A DNA stretch of 20,790 bases. Origin: Candidatus Hermodarchaeota archaeon (GTDB lineage Archaea; Asgardarchaeota; Heimdallarchaeia; Hodarchaeales; Hodarchaeaceae). The stretch lies in contig JBHLKY010000041.1 of NCBI GenBank assembly GCA_048886185.1, forward strand, positions 1 through 20,790. The letters run 5' to 3'. Below the pieces are notes generated by a model. It made no database searches, had not been told where the DNA came from, and saw nothing but the letters and a program-made list of their open reading frames with translations. Both the position numbers and the translations under genes were made by a program. Shown here piece by piece: positions 9,302 through 17,133 of this stretch. Each line of letters begins with the position of its first letter. The first letter of the stretch is position 1.

Positions 9302-10003
9302 TTAATTAAATCGAATTTCTTTTAATCTACCTTCTTGCATCTTAAAACAGTGATCAGTTCGTCTAACCATCCTTAAATCATGTGTGACCATGAAAATGGT
9401 TTTGTTTTGTTCATTACAAGATGTACGAAGGAAATTCACAATTCTAAGCGCATGATTAATATCAAGTTGACTAGTTGGTTCGTCTAAAATGAGTAGTTCG
9501 GGATTGTTGCTAAATGCGATCGCCACAGATAATCTTTGGAGTTCGCCTCCTGATAACTGACGAGGTTTATGAAAAATCCTTGATTGGAGAGCTACCTGTT
9601 TAATTAAAGTTGCTGTTCTTTCTTTGATATCTTTCTCTGACTTATAAGTTGAAACCATTAGCATAGGTAACATAACATTATCAAAGACATTTAACTCCCA
9701 GATGATATTGTTACGAGGATTTTGGAACACCAGTCCAATGCTATTCCGATAAAAAGTGAGTCTTTCTTCATAGGAGAATTCATTAATGATTTGATTTCCA
9801 ATTCTAACAGACCCCGCAGATGGTTCTAATAAACCTGCGATAATCTTTACAAGGGTACTTTTTCCACTTCCACTTGGCCCTAGAATACTAATGAATTCCC
9901 CTTTGTTAATAGAAAGATGAATTCCTCTTAGCGTGGCTTTTTTCACCTTGTTCTTTTGAGCATAAATTTTAATAATATCCTTACATTCTAAATAGGCAAG
10001 CAT
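9302..10003 (-). CDS. ABC ATP-binding protein, LolD/MacB-like
   Basis: GPSGSGKST, VFQ, LSGGE, LILDEPTSQLD, VTHD. Confidence 0.93.
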   Translation of the reverse strand: MLAYLECKDIIKIYAQKNKVKKATLRGIHLSINKGEFISILGPSGSGKSTLVKIIAGLLEPSAGSVRIGNQIINEFSYEERLTFYRNSIGLVFQNPRNNIIWELNVFDNVMLPMLMVSTYKSEKDIKERTATLIKQVALQSRIFHKPRQLSGGELQRLSVAIAFSNNPELLILDEPTSQLDINHALRIVNFLRTSCNEQNKTIFMVTHDLRMVRRTDHCFKMQEGRLKEIRFN

Positions 10004-10015
10004 ATTTTAGCACAT

Positions 10016-12886
10016 TCATTCAAACCTTTTCAATAATGAAGCTACATCAAATTTTCGGTGGATTAGGATAGAAGGAACCACCGAGATAAACATGAACACA
10101 ATAAACCATGTTATATAATATAAAATGTCATCTATCGGAAAAATGATGGAGGGTGAGAGTCCTACTGTTTGATATATGGCTGAAACATTCCATAACGCGG
10201 ATTGAAAGAAAAAAAAGAGACTAGAGGAGAAGATTCCAGTACCAACACCACTAACTATTGCCAAGAAAATGACAATAATTTCTTCGTATAATACGACATG
10301 AAGGACTTCACCTCTGGTCAATCCTAATGTCCTTTCTATCGCATGCTCCCGTACACGGTTATTTCTTTGAAAAAGACCAAATAAAATGAAACACCCTAAA
10401 GCAAGCATAAGAGAGATAATGATAACTGTTTGCTGTGAACTCAAGTAGTGTTTCCAAGATCGATCCAATTTAAATCGGTTTAATACCTCATGAGTACTCC
10501 TCACTTCTGCTGAATATTTGTTTTCAAGGATTTTAATAATATCTGTTGAAATTCTTTCAGAACTCTTTAGTAAAAAAAAGTGTTTCATGGTTATTGATGT
10601 TGGATCCTCCGAAATTTCATCTAATCCCTCAAGGAATTTCTGATGAATGATCATTGCTCTATCATATGGATTATTTGCGATCAAAGGATAGAGCTTAAAA
10701 GAGGATTTGATTGTAACATTTGTTATAGGATGATGAAATTCTGGTATATGCCACGAGGCATTGAAAGCAAGTAAATAAAGAGGGAATTCATTATTAACAG
10801 AAAGGCTTTCATATTGAAGGAAACCTCGACTAACACTGACTGAATTATTGTTCTTTTGTAGATTCTCTTGAAAATCAGTGATAGAAGGGGTAAATTTTGT
10901 TTGAGGATTATGATAAGCAATTTCAAAAAAACTTTCAGGATCTATTCCTAACAAATTGAGATCAGGTGTACTTTCAGTTCCACCAGCTTCTCCTGCTTCA
11001 CGTTTGTAAAACATATTCGCAACAATGACTTTAGTGAAAGATACTTTCTCAGAAAGATTCATTGTTAAAAAGTCAGTTAATGGCTCCTCATTTATTTCTG
11101 TAAAACCTACTTGATAGTCAGCACCAACGGAGAATTCTGCTTGTTCTCTTAAGTGATGTTCTGTGGAAGAAGTTAAAGTCATCAAAATAAAAGAATAAAA
11201 TATTAGCAGTGTCAGGAACAACCAAACATCTGAAAATGTCCGTATGAATCGCTTAATATTCTTTAGTGCTAAAACTGGAGCATAATAATATTTCTTCCAC
11301 ATCTTATCAGAAATAAAAGAAACAAATACACAAAAAATTGGCCTTAGTGAGAAGATTAATCCTATGGATAATCCCAACAATGAAATTATGATTATTAATC
11401 GAATAATTTGTTCAAAACCTGCAGAAATAATAGCTGGTTGAGACCAAAGTGGAATATCAAGAGTAATAACGAGATATGACAGAATTAAGAGTGAGGTTCC
11501 TGAAATGAGTAATTTAAAAGGCCATGAGTGTATCTGGACGTTCTCACTGAAATCAATAGGTGAAATACCTTCTTTCTGAAAAATCGCTTTAATTTTTACA
11601 GCAATTTTAACATATACTAATCCATTACTGATCATTATTACAAGAAAAGGGTAAAAAATCCAATTTGTAAAATTTATGAAAAGTGATGAGACTCCATCTA
11701 GGTATATAACAATAACCGAACCTAAAATTGAACCAAATAAAACGCCAGATGAAATTATTCCAACAAAGCTTATAGCCGATTCCAAGAAGAGGATAAAGAT
11801 AATTTGTTTGAAAGACAATCCTCGTAAGAATAATGCGTGATATCTTCTTAATCTAGGTAAATTCGTGTTATTTACTACAAAATTTGTTAAATAAAAAGAA
11901 ATTATGAAAACAGGAAGAGCTAAAAGTAAAAATTCTACTAAAAGATCAAACCAATGTTGATGAAACGTCTGAAGCTCTTCTTTTAAATAATCATAACAAT
12001 CATACAAACCAACAATGTTCCCTCTAAATACTTCTAACCGATTAATATACAAATTACTCTCAAACACTTTGAATTTATAGGAATCAAACCGAAGGAATAT
12101 ATCAAGAGTGCTTTGCTCAGAGGGATTTTCTGGTGAAGACTCCCCGATTCTTTTTATAAGTGGGGAATAATCAGTTTTTTTAACAATAAGAGCGTAAAGA
12201 TCATTTCCCAAGTTGATACCTGTAGAAATCCTGATATTAGTAATATAATTTATATATGATTTATATGATGAGAATTGATTATGTTCTAGTAGGTACAAAA
12301 TTCCAACGACAGTTAGGGGGAAAGAGGAGGAGCCTTGAGAAATACTTGAGAAATAGTAGCTAGAATTTATCTCAAATTTCATCCTAGTGTCATTACGAAT
12401 GACAAGAAGCGTCTCATTTTCATGTTGTGGTAATCTACTTCCAGGAATCAAGAAATTGTCGATTAATTCTCCTCTATCGTCCTCAAAATAGTATACATGA
12501 CCATATTGAAATCCTTTGGTTGCGTTTCTATTAAAAAAAGGTATACGAGGTTCAATCCAAGAGCCATTAAGGTAATTTATCATTTCTGTGGTAGCCAAAT
12601 GTGAATCAATGTCAGAAAGGATTTGATCGTTAGTTGTAACCTGATAAGAAAGATAATCAAGTTGATATAGAATCTCAAGTTTAAGATGATATTCGTAATT
12701 CTCATGTAATTTATTTTGTGTGGCTTTAAACAAAGTAGAATTATTAGAATCTAGAATAATACAGAAAGAAACAATGGTTGTACAAATGAAAGATAACGAA
12801 ATAATGATCAACAAAAGCGTTTTGAAATTGCCTTTCAGGAGTTTCCATGTCATAAGAGTCTTTTCAAGGCGTATTTTAATCACCAT
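10016..12886 (-). CDS. FtsX/MacB-type (type VII) ABC permease with duplicated architecture
   Basis: N-terminal TM, large soluble domain, TM cluster with R..ALFLRGLSFKQI, further TMs, SVGADY motif, second soluble domain, RVREHAIERTLGLTRGEV and terminal TMs. Directly upstream of two LolD-like ATPases. Confidence 0.85.
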   Translation of the reverse strand: MVIKIRLEKTLMTWKLLKGNFKTLLLIIISLSFICTTIVSFCIILDSNNSTLFKATQNKLHENYEYHLKLEILYQLDYLSYQVTTNDQILSDIDSHLATTEMINYLNGSWIEPRIPFFNRNATKGFQYGHVYYFEDDRGELIDNFLIPGSRLPQHENETLLVIRNDTRMKFEINSSYYFSSISQGSSSFPLTVVGILYLLEHNQFSSYKSYINYITNIRISTGINLGNDLYALIVKKTDYSPLIKRIGESSPENPSEQSTLDIFLRFDSYKFKVFESNLYINRLEVFRGNIVGLYDCYDYLKEELQTFHQHWFDLLVEFLLLALPVFIISFYLTNFVVNNTNLPRLRRYHALFLRGLSFKQIIFILFLESAISFVGIISSGVLFGSILGSVIVIYLDGVSSLFINFTNWIFYPFLVIMISNGLVYVKIAVKIKAIFQKEGISPIDFSENVQIHSWPFKLLISGTSLLILSYLVITLDIPLWSQPAIISAGFEQIIRLIIIISLLGLSIGLIFSLRPIFCVFVSFISDKMWKKYYYAPVLALKNIKRFIRTFSDVWLFLTLLIFYSFILMTLTSSTEHHLREQAEFSVGADYQVGFTEINEEPLTDFLTMNLSEKVSFTKVIVANMFYKREAGEAGGTESTPDLNLLGIDPESFFEIAYHNPQTKFTPSITDFQENLQKNNNSVSVSRGFLQYESLSVNNEFPLYLLAFNASWHIPEFHHPITNVTIKSSFKLYPLIANNPYDRAMIIHQKFLEGLDEISEDPTSITMKHFFLLKSSERISTDIIKILENKYSAEVRSTHEVLNRFKLDRSWKHYLSSQQTVIIISLMLALGCFILFGLFQRNNRVREHAIERTLGLTRGEVLHVVLYEEIIVIFLAIVSGVGTGIFSSSLFFFFQSALWNVSAIYQTVGLSPSIIFPIDDILYYITWFIVFMFISVVPSILIHRKFDVASLLKRFE

Positions 12887-12903
12887 ATTGACTATTAAAG
12901 ACT

Positions 12904-13197
12904 TTAGAATGAACTTTGTAATAATGAAATGAGCTCCTCACCTAGATTAGATATCGAAAATAGTTTCCCCTTTTTTTGTTCTGGATTGAGACAAACAATT
13001 ATTCCTCTATCTTCTAGTTCTTTGAGAGTTCTACTCACTACTGAAAATGTGATGTCAAGTTTTCTTACTAACTCAGAGGGGAAGTGGGGCTTTTTAGATA
13101 ACTCAATTAGTAGGTCTTCACGATATTTGCTGATTCTGACATAAGACACCAAGGACCATAAGGTTTTGGACTTGGTCAAATAAACCATCCTCCACAT
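12904..13197 (-). CDS. Small winged-helix transcription regulator (MarR/ArsR-like), first gene of the ABC operon
   Basis: SKYREDLLIEL...PSELVRKLDITFSVVSRTLKELEDRGIIVCLNPEQKKGKLFSISNLG (HTH + wing). 17 bp gap to the permease ATG. Confidence 0.85.
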   Translation of the reverse strand: MWRMVYLTKSKTLWSLVSYVRISKYREDLLIELSKKPHFPSELVRKLDITFSVVSRTLKELEDRGIIVCLNPEQKKGKLFSISNLGEELISLLQSSF

Positions 13198-13227
13198 TCA
13201 CACGATAGTTTCTGCAAGGATTCATAC

Positions 13228-13252
13228 TATAAAAGATTTTTACACGTAAAAA
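13228..13252 (-). promoter_or_regulatory. TATA box plus adjacent inverted repeat (candidate autoregulatory operator)
   Basis: TTTTATA (minus, 13228-13234) about 30 bp before ATG 13197. TTTTTAC-ac-GTAAAAA (13237-13252) overlaps the BRE position. Confidence 0.45.
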
Positions 13253-13384
13253 AATACATTTTACATCCATGTTTTTGATGAAAAATTATGAGTGGATAAA
13301 ACACTTGGAGGGCCAAAGAGGAGAACATTCCTCAAATAGACCCCAGTAATAGTTCAAGTCAGCAAAAACAGCTCATGCGTATGA

Positions 13385-13482
13385 AAAATGTCCTTGGGGA
13401 GGAAGGGTTTTTACGTGGTCATAGCTTTAGATTTAGTACTAAAAGCTGTTTATAAGCAACCCTATTTTCAAATAAAAGAGAG
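13385..13482. repeat. 98-bp dispersed direct repeat, copy 2
   Basis: 90/98 identical to 3268-3365, same orientation, offset 10117 bp. Confidence 0.92.
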
Positions 13483-13577
13483 TATATTAAAGAGGAAATG
13501 AGGAGAGAATGAACTGCTTTTCTTGGATAACTATAATCTTACTATCACTTGGATGTGTGGGAATAGGGTAAAAATCC

Positions 13578-14549
13578 TCAATGAACACGAACTCTCCGAT
13601 TTCGAAAGAAAACACCCAGCGTTGCAAAGATAACAAGATGAATTATAATTTCAGGATAGGGAGTTAGAGACACATTGGAAAGATGAATTTTAATTAACTC
13701 CATTTCATCGGAACTACTAAGTAATCCATTATTATAATAACTGATAGACCATCTTTTGATCAAAATATTACGAGATCGATCAATATAAGTGGTGGAATTA
13801 GAAATTCGATGGAACAAGGAGGAATTTGTTATCCTCCCTGAACTATTAGACCATACCTCCCATTTTGTATGGGTGGAATTAAAGCCATTAACCCACAATT
13901 TATTCTCTGAAAACTGTAAACGATCAAAAGAATCAATATATTCATGGTAATAGTGATAGAAACCCTCCTTCTCATATGAAGGAAGAATTTTCCAGCAATG
14001 AAAAGTCCCTCCAGGGGTTGTGATGGTTTCTTCCTCGATTGAATAAGAAAATGATTGTGATTCTCTGGTCCAATATTCTGGGTTAACAGAGGAATTCGAA
14101 ATTTTAGTTTCATGAGTAGTAAGAATACCAGCTGTATAGTCAGAAAAAGGCGGATCTCGAATATAATAAGTGTTCCAAGGATCACGAGTGCCTGTATCCA
14201 AAGTCACCAGCAATAGTTCGTCAAAAGTAGTGAAATCATGGAAACCATATCCAGTATGATTGGGGAAGGGTTGATTGTCGTTATGCGTTCTACATTTAAG
14301 GTAAGAAACATTATACACCTTCCTATCTTGCCAGGTGATGATTGAAGAAATCTCACGGTGGATAGTTCCATTCTCAGCATGAAGTTGACTACCAGTATTG
14401 TCAAACGCTGAACTTCGAAACGAATATACATACGAATCTCCACTCGTCCACCCCTTATGAGCTTGAACCAGCCCAGGTGAATAAAAAAGGAATCCTAGCA
14501 ATACTAGACTCATGAAAAGAAGAATTGGATATTTAAACGTGCGTCTCAT
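13578..14549 (-). CDS. Secreted, C-terminally anchored protein of unknown function
   Basis: Signal peptide ending VQA, TITTPGGTFHCWKI motif, many N-X-S/T sequons, C-terminal TPYP + hydrophobic helix + RNRRVR. Confidence 0.8.
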   Translation of the reverse strand: MRRTFKYPILLFMSLVLLGFLFYSPGLVQAHKGWTSGDSYVYSFRSSAFDNTGSQLHAENGTIHREISSIITWQDRKVYNVSYLKCRTHNDNQPFPNHTGYGFHDFTTFDELLLVTLDTGTRDPWNTYYIRDPPFSDYTAGILTTHETKISNSSVNPEYWTRESQSFSYSIEEETITTPGGTFHCWKILPSYEKEGFYHYYHEYIDSFDRLQFSENKLWVNGFNSTHTKWEVWSNSSGRITNSSLFHRISNSTTYIDRSRNILIKRWSISYYNNGLLSSSDEMELIKIHLSNVSLTPYPEIIIHLVIFATLGVFFRNRRVRVH

Positions 14550-14559
14550 CTCTTAAACC

Positions 14560-14580
14560 TCACAATGTGATATTATAAAA
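14560..14580 (-). promoter_or_regulatory. TATA box with small dyad immediately downstream
   Basis: TTTTATAA (minus, 14573-14580) 24-31 bp before ATG 14549. TCACA-a-TGTGA at 14560-14570. Confidence 0.35.
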
Positions 14581-14730
14581 ATAGAGATCTTTTGTGTTTA
14601 AAAAAGATAACAATCTCAATTCATTGACTTATTGAATAAAAGCACTCCCTGCTTTTTACACTGTTGCTCTAGCATCTAATCCAGTCTTGGATAGAAAAAT
14701 TGAACCAAAAAGAAAGAGAAGAGGAGCGGA

Positions 14731-16185
14731 TTAATGATTGCCCCTTTTCCTCCAGATTATCAACACACTAATACAAACGATTGCTGAAAACAGATTAGGA
14801 AAGGCTGTTGTGGCATCGGATTCTTGGGACGTAGTTATATCTGGTGTTGCTGTCTCTGGAGTGGTTACTTGCGGAGTTGTGATGGGTGGGGTTGTGGTCG
14901 GAGTAGCAGAAGGAGGCGGGGAATCAGGAGTCTTCAAAAGCCACATGTCATAATCACCTGCACCGTATGAACCGGTCCATCCTGCAATGACTAAGTCTCC
15001 ATCAGCTGCCTGGAGTAGATCATTACCGACATCCATTTCTTTTCCACCAAATATTTTTTCCCAAACCAATTGACCATTAGCGTCTATTCTTATCAAATAG
15101 CAATCATTTGCTTTCCCTGATCCTTCAATTATACAATACCCTGTGAGGGCATATCCCCCGTCAGTTGTCTGGATCAATGAGAATAGACCTCTCTGGGATC
15201 CGTAGTTGTAATTCCACAGTACTTGGCCAGTAGCATCCGTTTTCAGTAACCAGTTTCCTCCATAAGATGCAGAAGTCCCCGCGAGTACATACCCCCCATC
15301 AGCCAGCTGAATCAAGGATGACAGGCGATCAAATTCTGTTCCTCCGTAGGTGGTATTCCACTGTGCTTGACCATTAGCGTCCGTTTTTACCAACCAGCCA
15401 TCATAATTACCTACACCATACGACTCGGTATACCCTACAAGGGCATACCCCCCATCAGCCGTTTGAATGACCGAAAATAAAAAATCATCTTCTGTTCCTC
15501 CGTAGGTGGTATTCCACTGTGCTTGACCATTAGCGTCCGTTTTTACCAACCAGCCATTACGAACTCCCTCGTACGACTCGGCATCCCCTACAAGGGCATA
15601 CCCCCCATCTGTAGTTTGGATTATTGATCCAAGCCCGTCAAAATATCCGAAGGTTTGATTCCATTCGTGCTGCCCACTGGCATCCGTTTTCACCAGCCAT
15701 CCATCATCTTCACCTGCACCGTAAGAAGAAGTGGAACCTGCGAGCACATACCCCCCATCCGTAGTTTGGATCACTGATCCAAGCTCGTCAGAATATCTTC
15801 CTCCCAAGGTTTGATTCCATTCGTGCTGCCCACTGGCATCCGTTTTTACCAACCATCCATCACCATTACCTGCACCATACGACTCGGTATACCCTACAAG
15901 AGCATACCCCCCATCAGTTGTTTGGATCAGGCAATTACCCCAATCCGCTTCCGTTCCTCCGTAGGTGGCATTCCATTCCGTGTTAACCGCTATTGTTGAC
16001 ATAGAATTTACGTTATTTCTTCCATTTAGTTCTCCTGCATTACTAGGAGTGATTACTCCCAAACTCATTCCGACGAGTATCAGGAGTAAAAGCATTCTTT
16101 TGATAGTATCAGTCGTAAATGTCATTTTCACTTTTTCTGCGAGTAGAATAACTATTAAACATCCATAAATAACTCTTTTCTTCAC
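14731..16185 (-). CDS. Cell-surface beta-propeller repeat protein (7 repeats) with P/T-rich stalk, TM anchor and basic tail
   Basis: Seven ~50-aa repeats W..T.GG...D....IQT.DGGY.L.G...SYG.G..D.WL.KTD..GQ. Linker PTTTPPITTPQVTTPETATP. Start is either GTG 16185 (AGGTGA upstream) or ATG 16125. Confidence 0.87.
   Translation of the reverse strand: MKKRVIYGCLIVILLAEKVKMTFTTDTIKRMLLLLILVGMSLGVITPSNAGELNGRNNVNSMSTIAVNTEWNATYGGTEADWGNCLIQTTDGGYALVGYTESYGAGNGDGWLVKTDASGQHEWNQTLGGRYSDELGSVIQTTDGGYVLAGSTSSYGAGEDDGWLVKTDASGQHEWNQTFGYFDGLGSIIQTTDGGYALVGDAESYEGVRNGWLVKTDANGQAQWNTTYGGTEDDFLFSVIQTADGGYALVGYTESYGVGNYDGWLVKTDANGQAQWNTTYGGTEFDRLSSLIQLADGGYVLAGTSASYGGNWLLKTDATGQVLWNYNYGSQRGLFSLIQTTDGGYALTGYCIIEGSGKANDCYLIRIDANGQLVWEKIFGGKEMDVGNDLLQAADGDLVIAGWTGSYGAGDYDMWLLKTPDSPPPSATPTTTPPITTPQVTTPETATPDITTSQESDATTAFPNLFSAIVCISVLIIWRKRGNH
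14923..15975 (-). repeat. Intragenic repeat array (156-bp unit)
   Basis: 15334-15401 = 15490-15557 (68 bp identical). 15650-15690 = 15806-15846 (41 bp identical). Both offsets 156 bp. Confidence 0.9.
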
Positions 16186-16355
16186 TTAAATCACCTTTCT
16201 TCAATGTTATCATTTATACCAATAAATAATTGTGTTTTCAATTTTTATTTTCTGCTGGTAGACTGGACTTGGTATTTATCTTTAATTTTCCATTATTCTT
16301 ATCATGATTTTTCGGATTTTTTTCCATTACTTTTTCACAAACTTCATATAAAAAT
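16094..16355. repeat. Promoter + gene-start block, copy A
   Basis: 16094-16220 matches 19545-19671 at 124/127. Gapped similarity continues to about 16355/19835. Confidence 0.9.
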
Positions 16356-16502
16356 TTTTTCGACGCGTGTTCTCGTAGTTCCATTTGGTTCTGCTACTGG
16401 AGCACTTATCGTAGCGAGTAGTAGAACCATAAAAAAGCCAAAAAGTAGTTGTGTTTTACAAAATAGTCCTCTCTTAACTGAATATTTTTTCTGTTTACAC
16501 AT
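16344..16502 (-). CDS. Small ORF (52 aa), signal-peptide-like, possible peptide precursor; not in the ORF track
   Basis: MCKQKKYSVKRGLFCKTQLLFGFFMVLLLATISAPVAEPNGTTRTRVEKIFI*. GGTG 5' of the ATG. Starts 61 bp after the TF2 stop. Confidence 0.45.
   Translation of the reverse strand: MCKQKKYSVKRGLFCKTQLLFGFFMVLLLATISAPVAEPNGTTRTRVEKIFI
16357..16397. repeat. 41-bp exact direct repeat R, copy 1
   Basis: TTTTCGACGCGTGTTCTCGTAGTTCCATTTGGTTCTGCTAC, identical to 19443-19483. Confidence 0.95.
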
Positions 16503-16563
16503 TTTTTACACCAATTCTTATTTCTAAAGCATTTATTATTTTATAAATTCGTTAATTCTATTT

Positions 16564-17133
16564 CTAATTAGGTTTAAGTCTATTTATTTTCATAGATTCA
16601 TAGATAAATACAGAAGAACCAAATAGTAAGAAGAAAAAAAGAAGAATAGTTCCAGGGTTTGTAATAAAAGGATCCCCCCAAATTAAAGCAGAAAGAAAGA
16701 AGAGAAGAAAGCCGAAAAGAAAAACAGATATATAGAGAGAGTAACGTGGAATAAATAAATTACCTATCTCAACATAGAAATCAAGAAGCCCAGTCTTAAC
16801 TTTTTCATTAATAAGATATTTATTGGTATCATCGTCTTTACTAACAATACCTGCAGAAACAAGCTTTTGAATCTGATAATAAACAAGACCAGGAGAGGAA
16901 ATGTCGAGAGCTTCATGAATCTCACGAATACTGGCAGCACCATTGTCCAAGAGATACCAATAAACTTGGAGTGTTTTTCCCTGAAGCAATTCAGAAACTA
17001 TAGAACTACTGGAAATCCCTTTAGCAGTTATTTTTCGTTTTACCCTTGAGACATGAGTTTCATGAGTTTCGATTTCCAGAATTTCGGTTTGATCATCTTG
17101 TTTCTCTGAGATATCTTCAGTTTGCTTAGTCAT
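16564..17133 (-). CDS. Membrane-tethered winged-helix transcription regulator (wHTH + 2 TM)
   Basis: LQGKTLQVYWYLL...SIREIHEALDISSPGLVYYQIQKLVSAGIVSKD..TNKY (ArsR-like wHTH), then TM YSLYISVFLFGFLLFFLSALIW, loop GDPFITNP, TM GTILLFFFLLFGSSVFIY. ATGA overlap with the SBP2 stop. Confidence 0.9.
   Translation of the reverse strand: MTKQTEDISEKQDDQTEILEIETHETHVSRVKRKITAKGISSSSIVSELLQGKTLQVYWYLLDNGAASIREIHEALDISSPGLVYYQIQKLVSAGIVSKDDDTNKYLINEKVKTGLLDFYVEIGNLFIPRYSLYISVFLFGFLLFFLSALIWGDPFITNPGTILLFFFLLFGSSVFIYESMKINRLKPN

Noticed and set aside
3232-10216. Phase variation at A8 tracts (3232-3239; 10209-10216)
   Set aside because: Expected in AT-rich DNA. Shifting the 3232 tract by one base either way does not restore a long ORF, and the permease is intact.
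8514-12886. The ABC operon as the transporter for the two SBPs
   Set aside because: The permease and ATPases are FtsX/MacB/LolD-type, not DppB/C (type I) or DppD/F.
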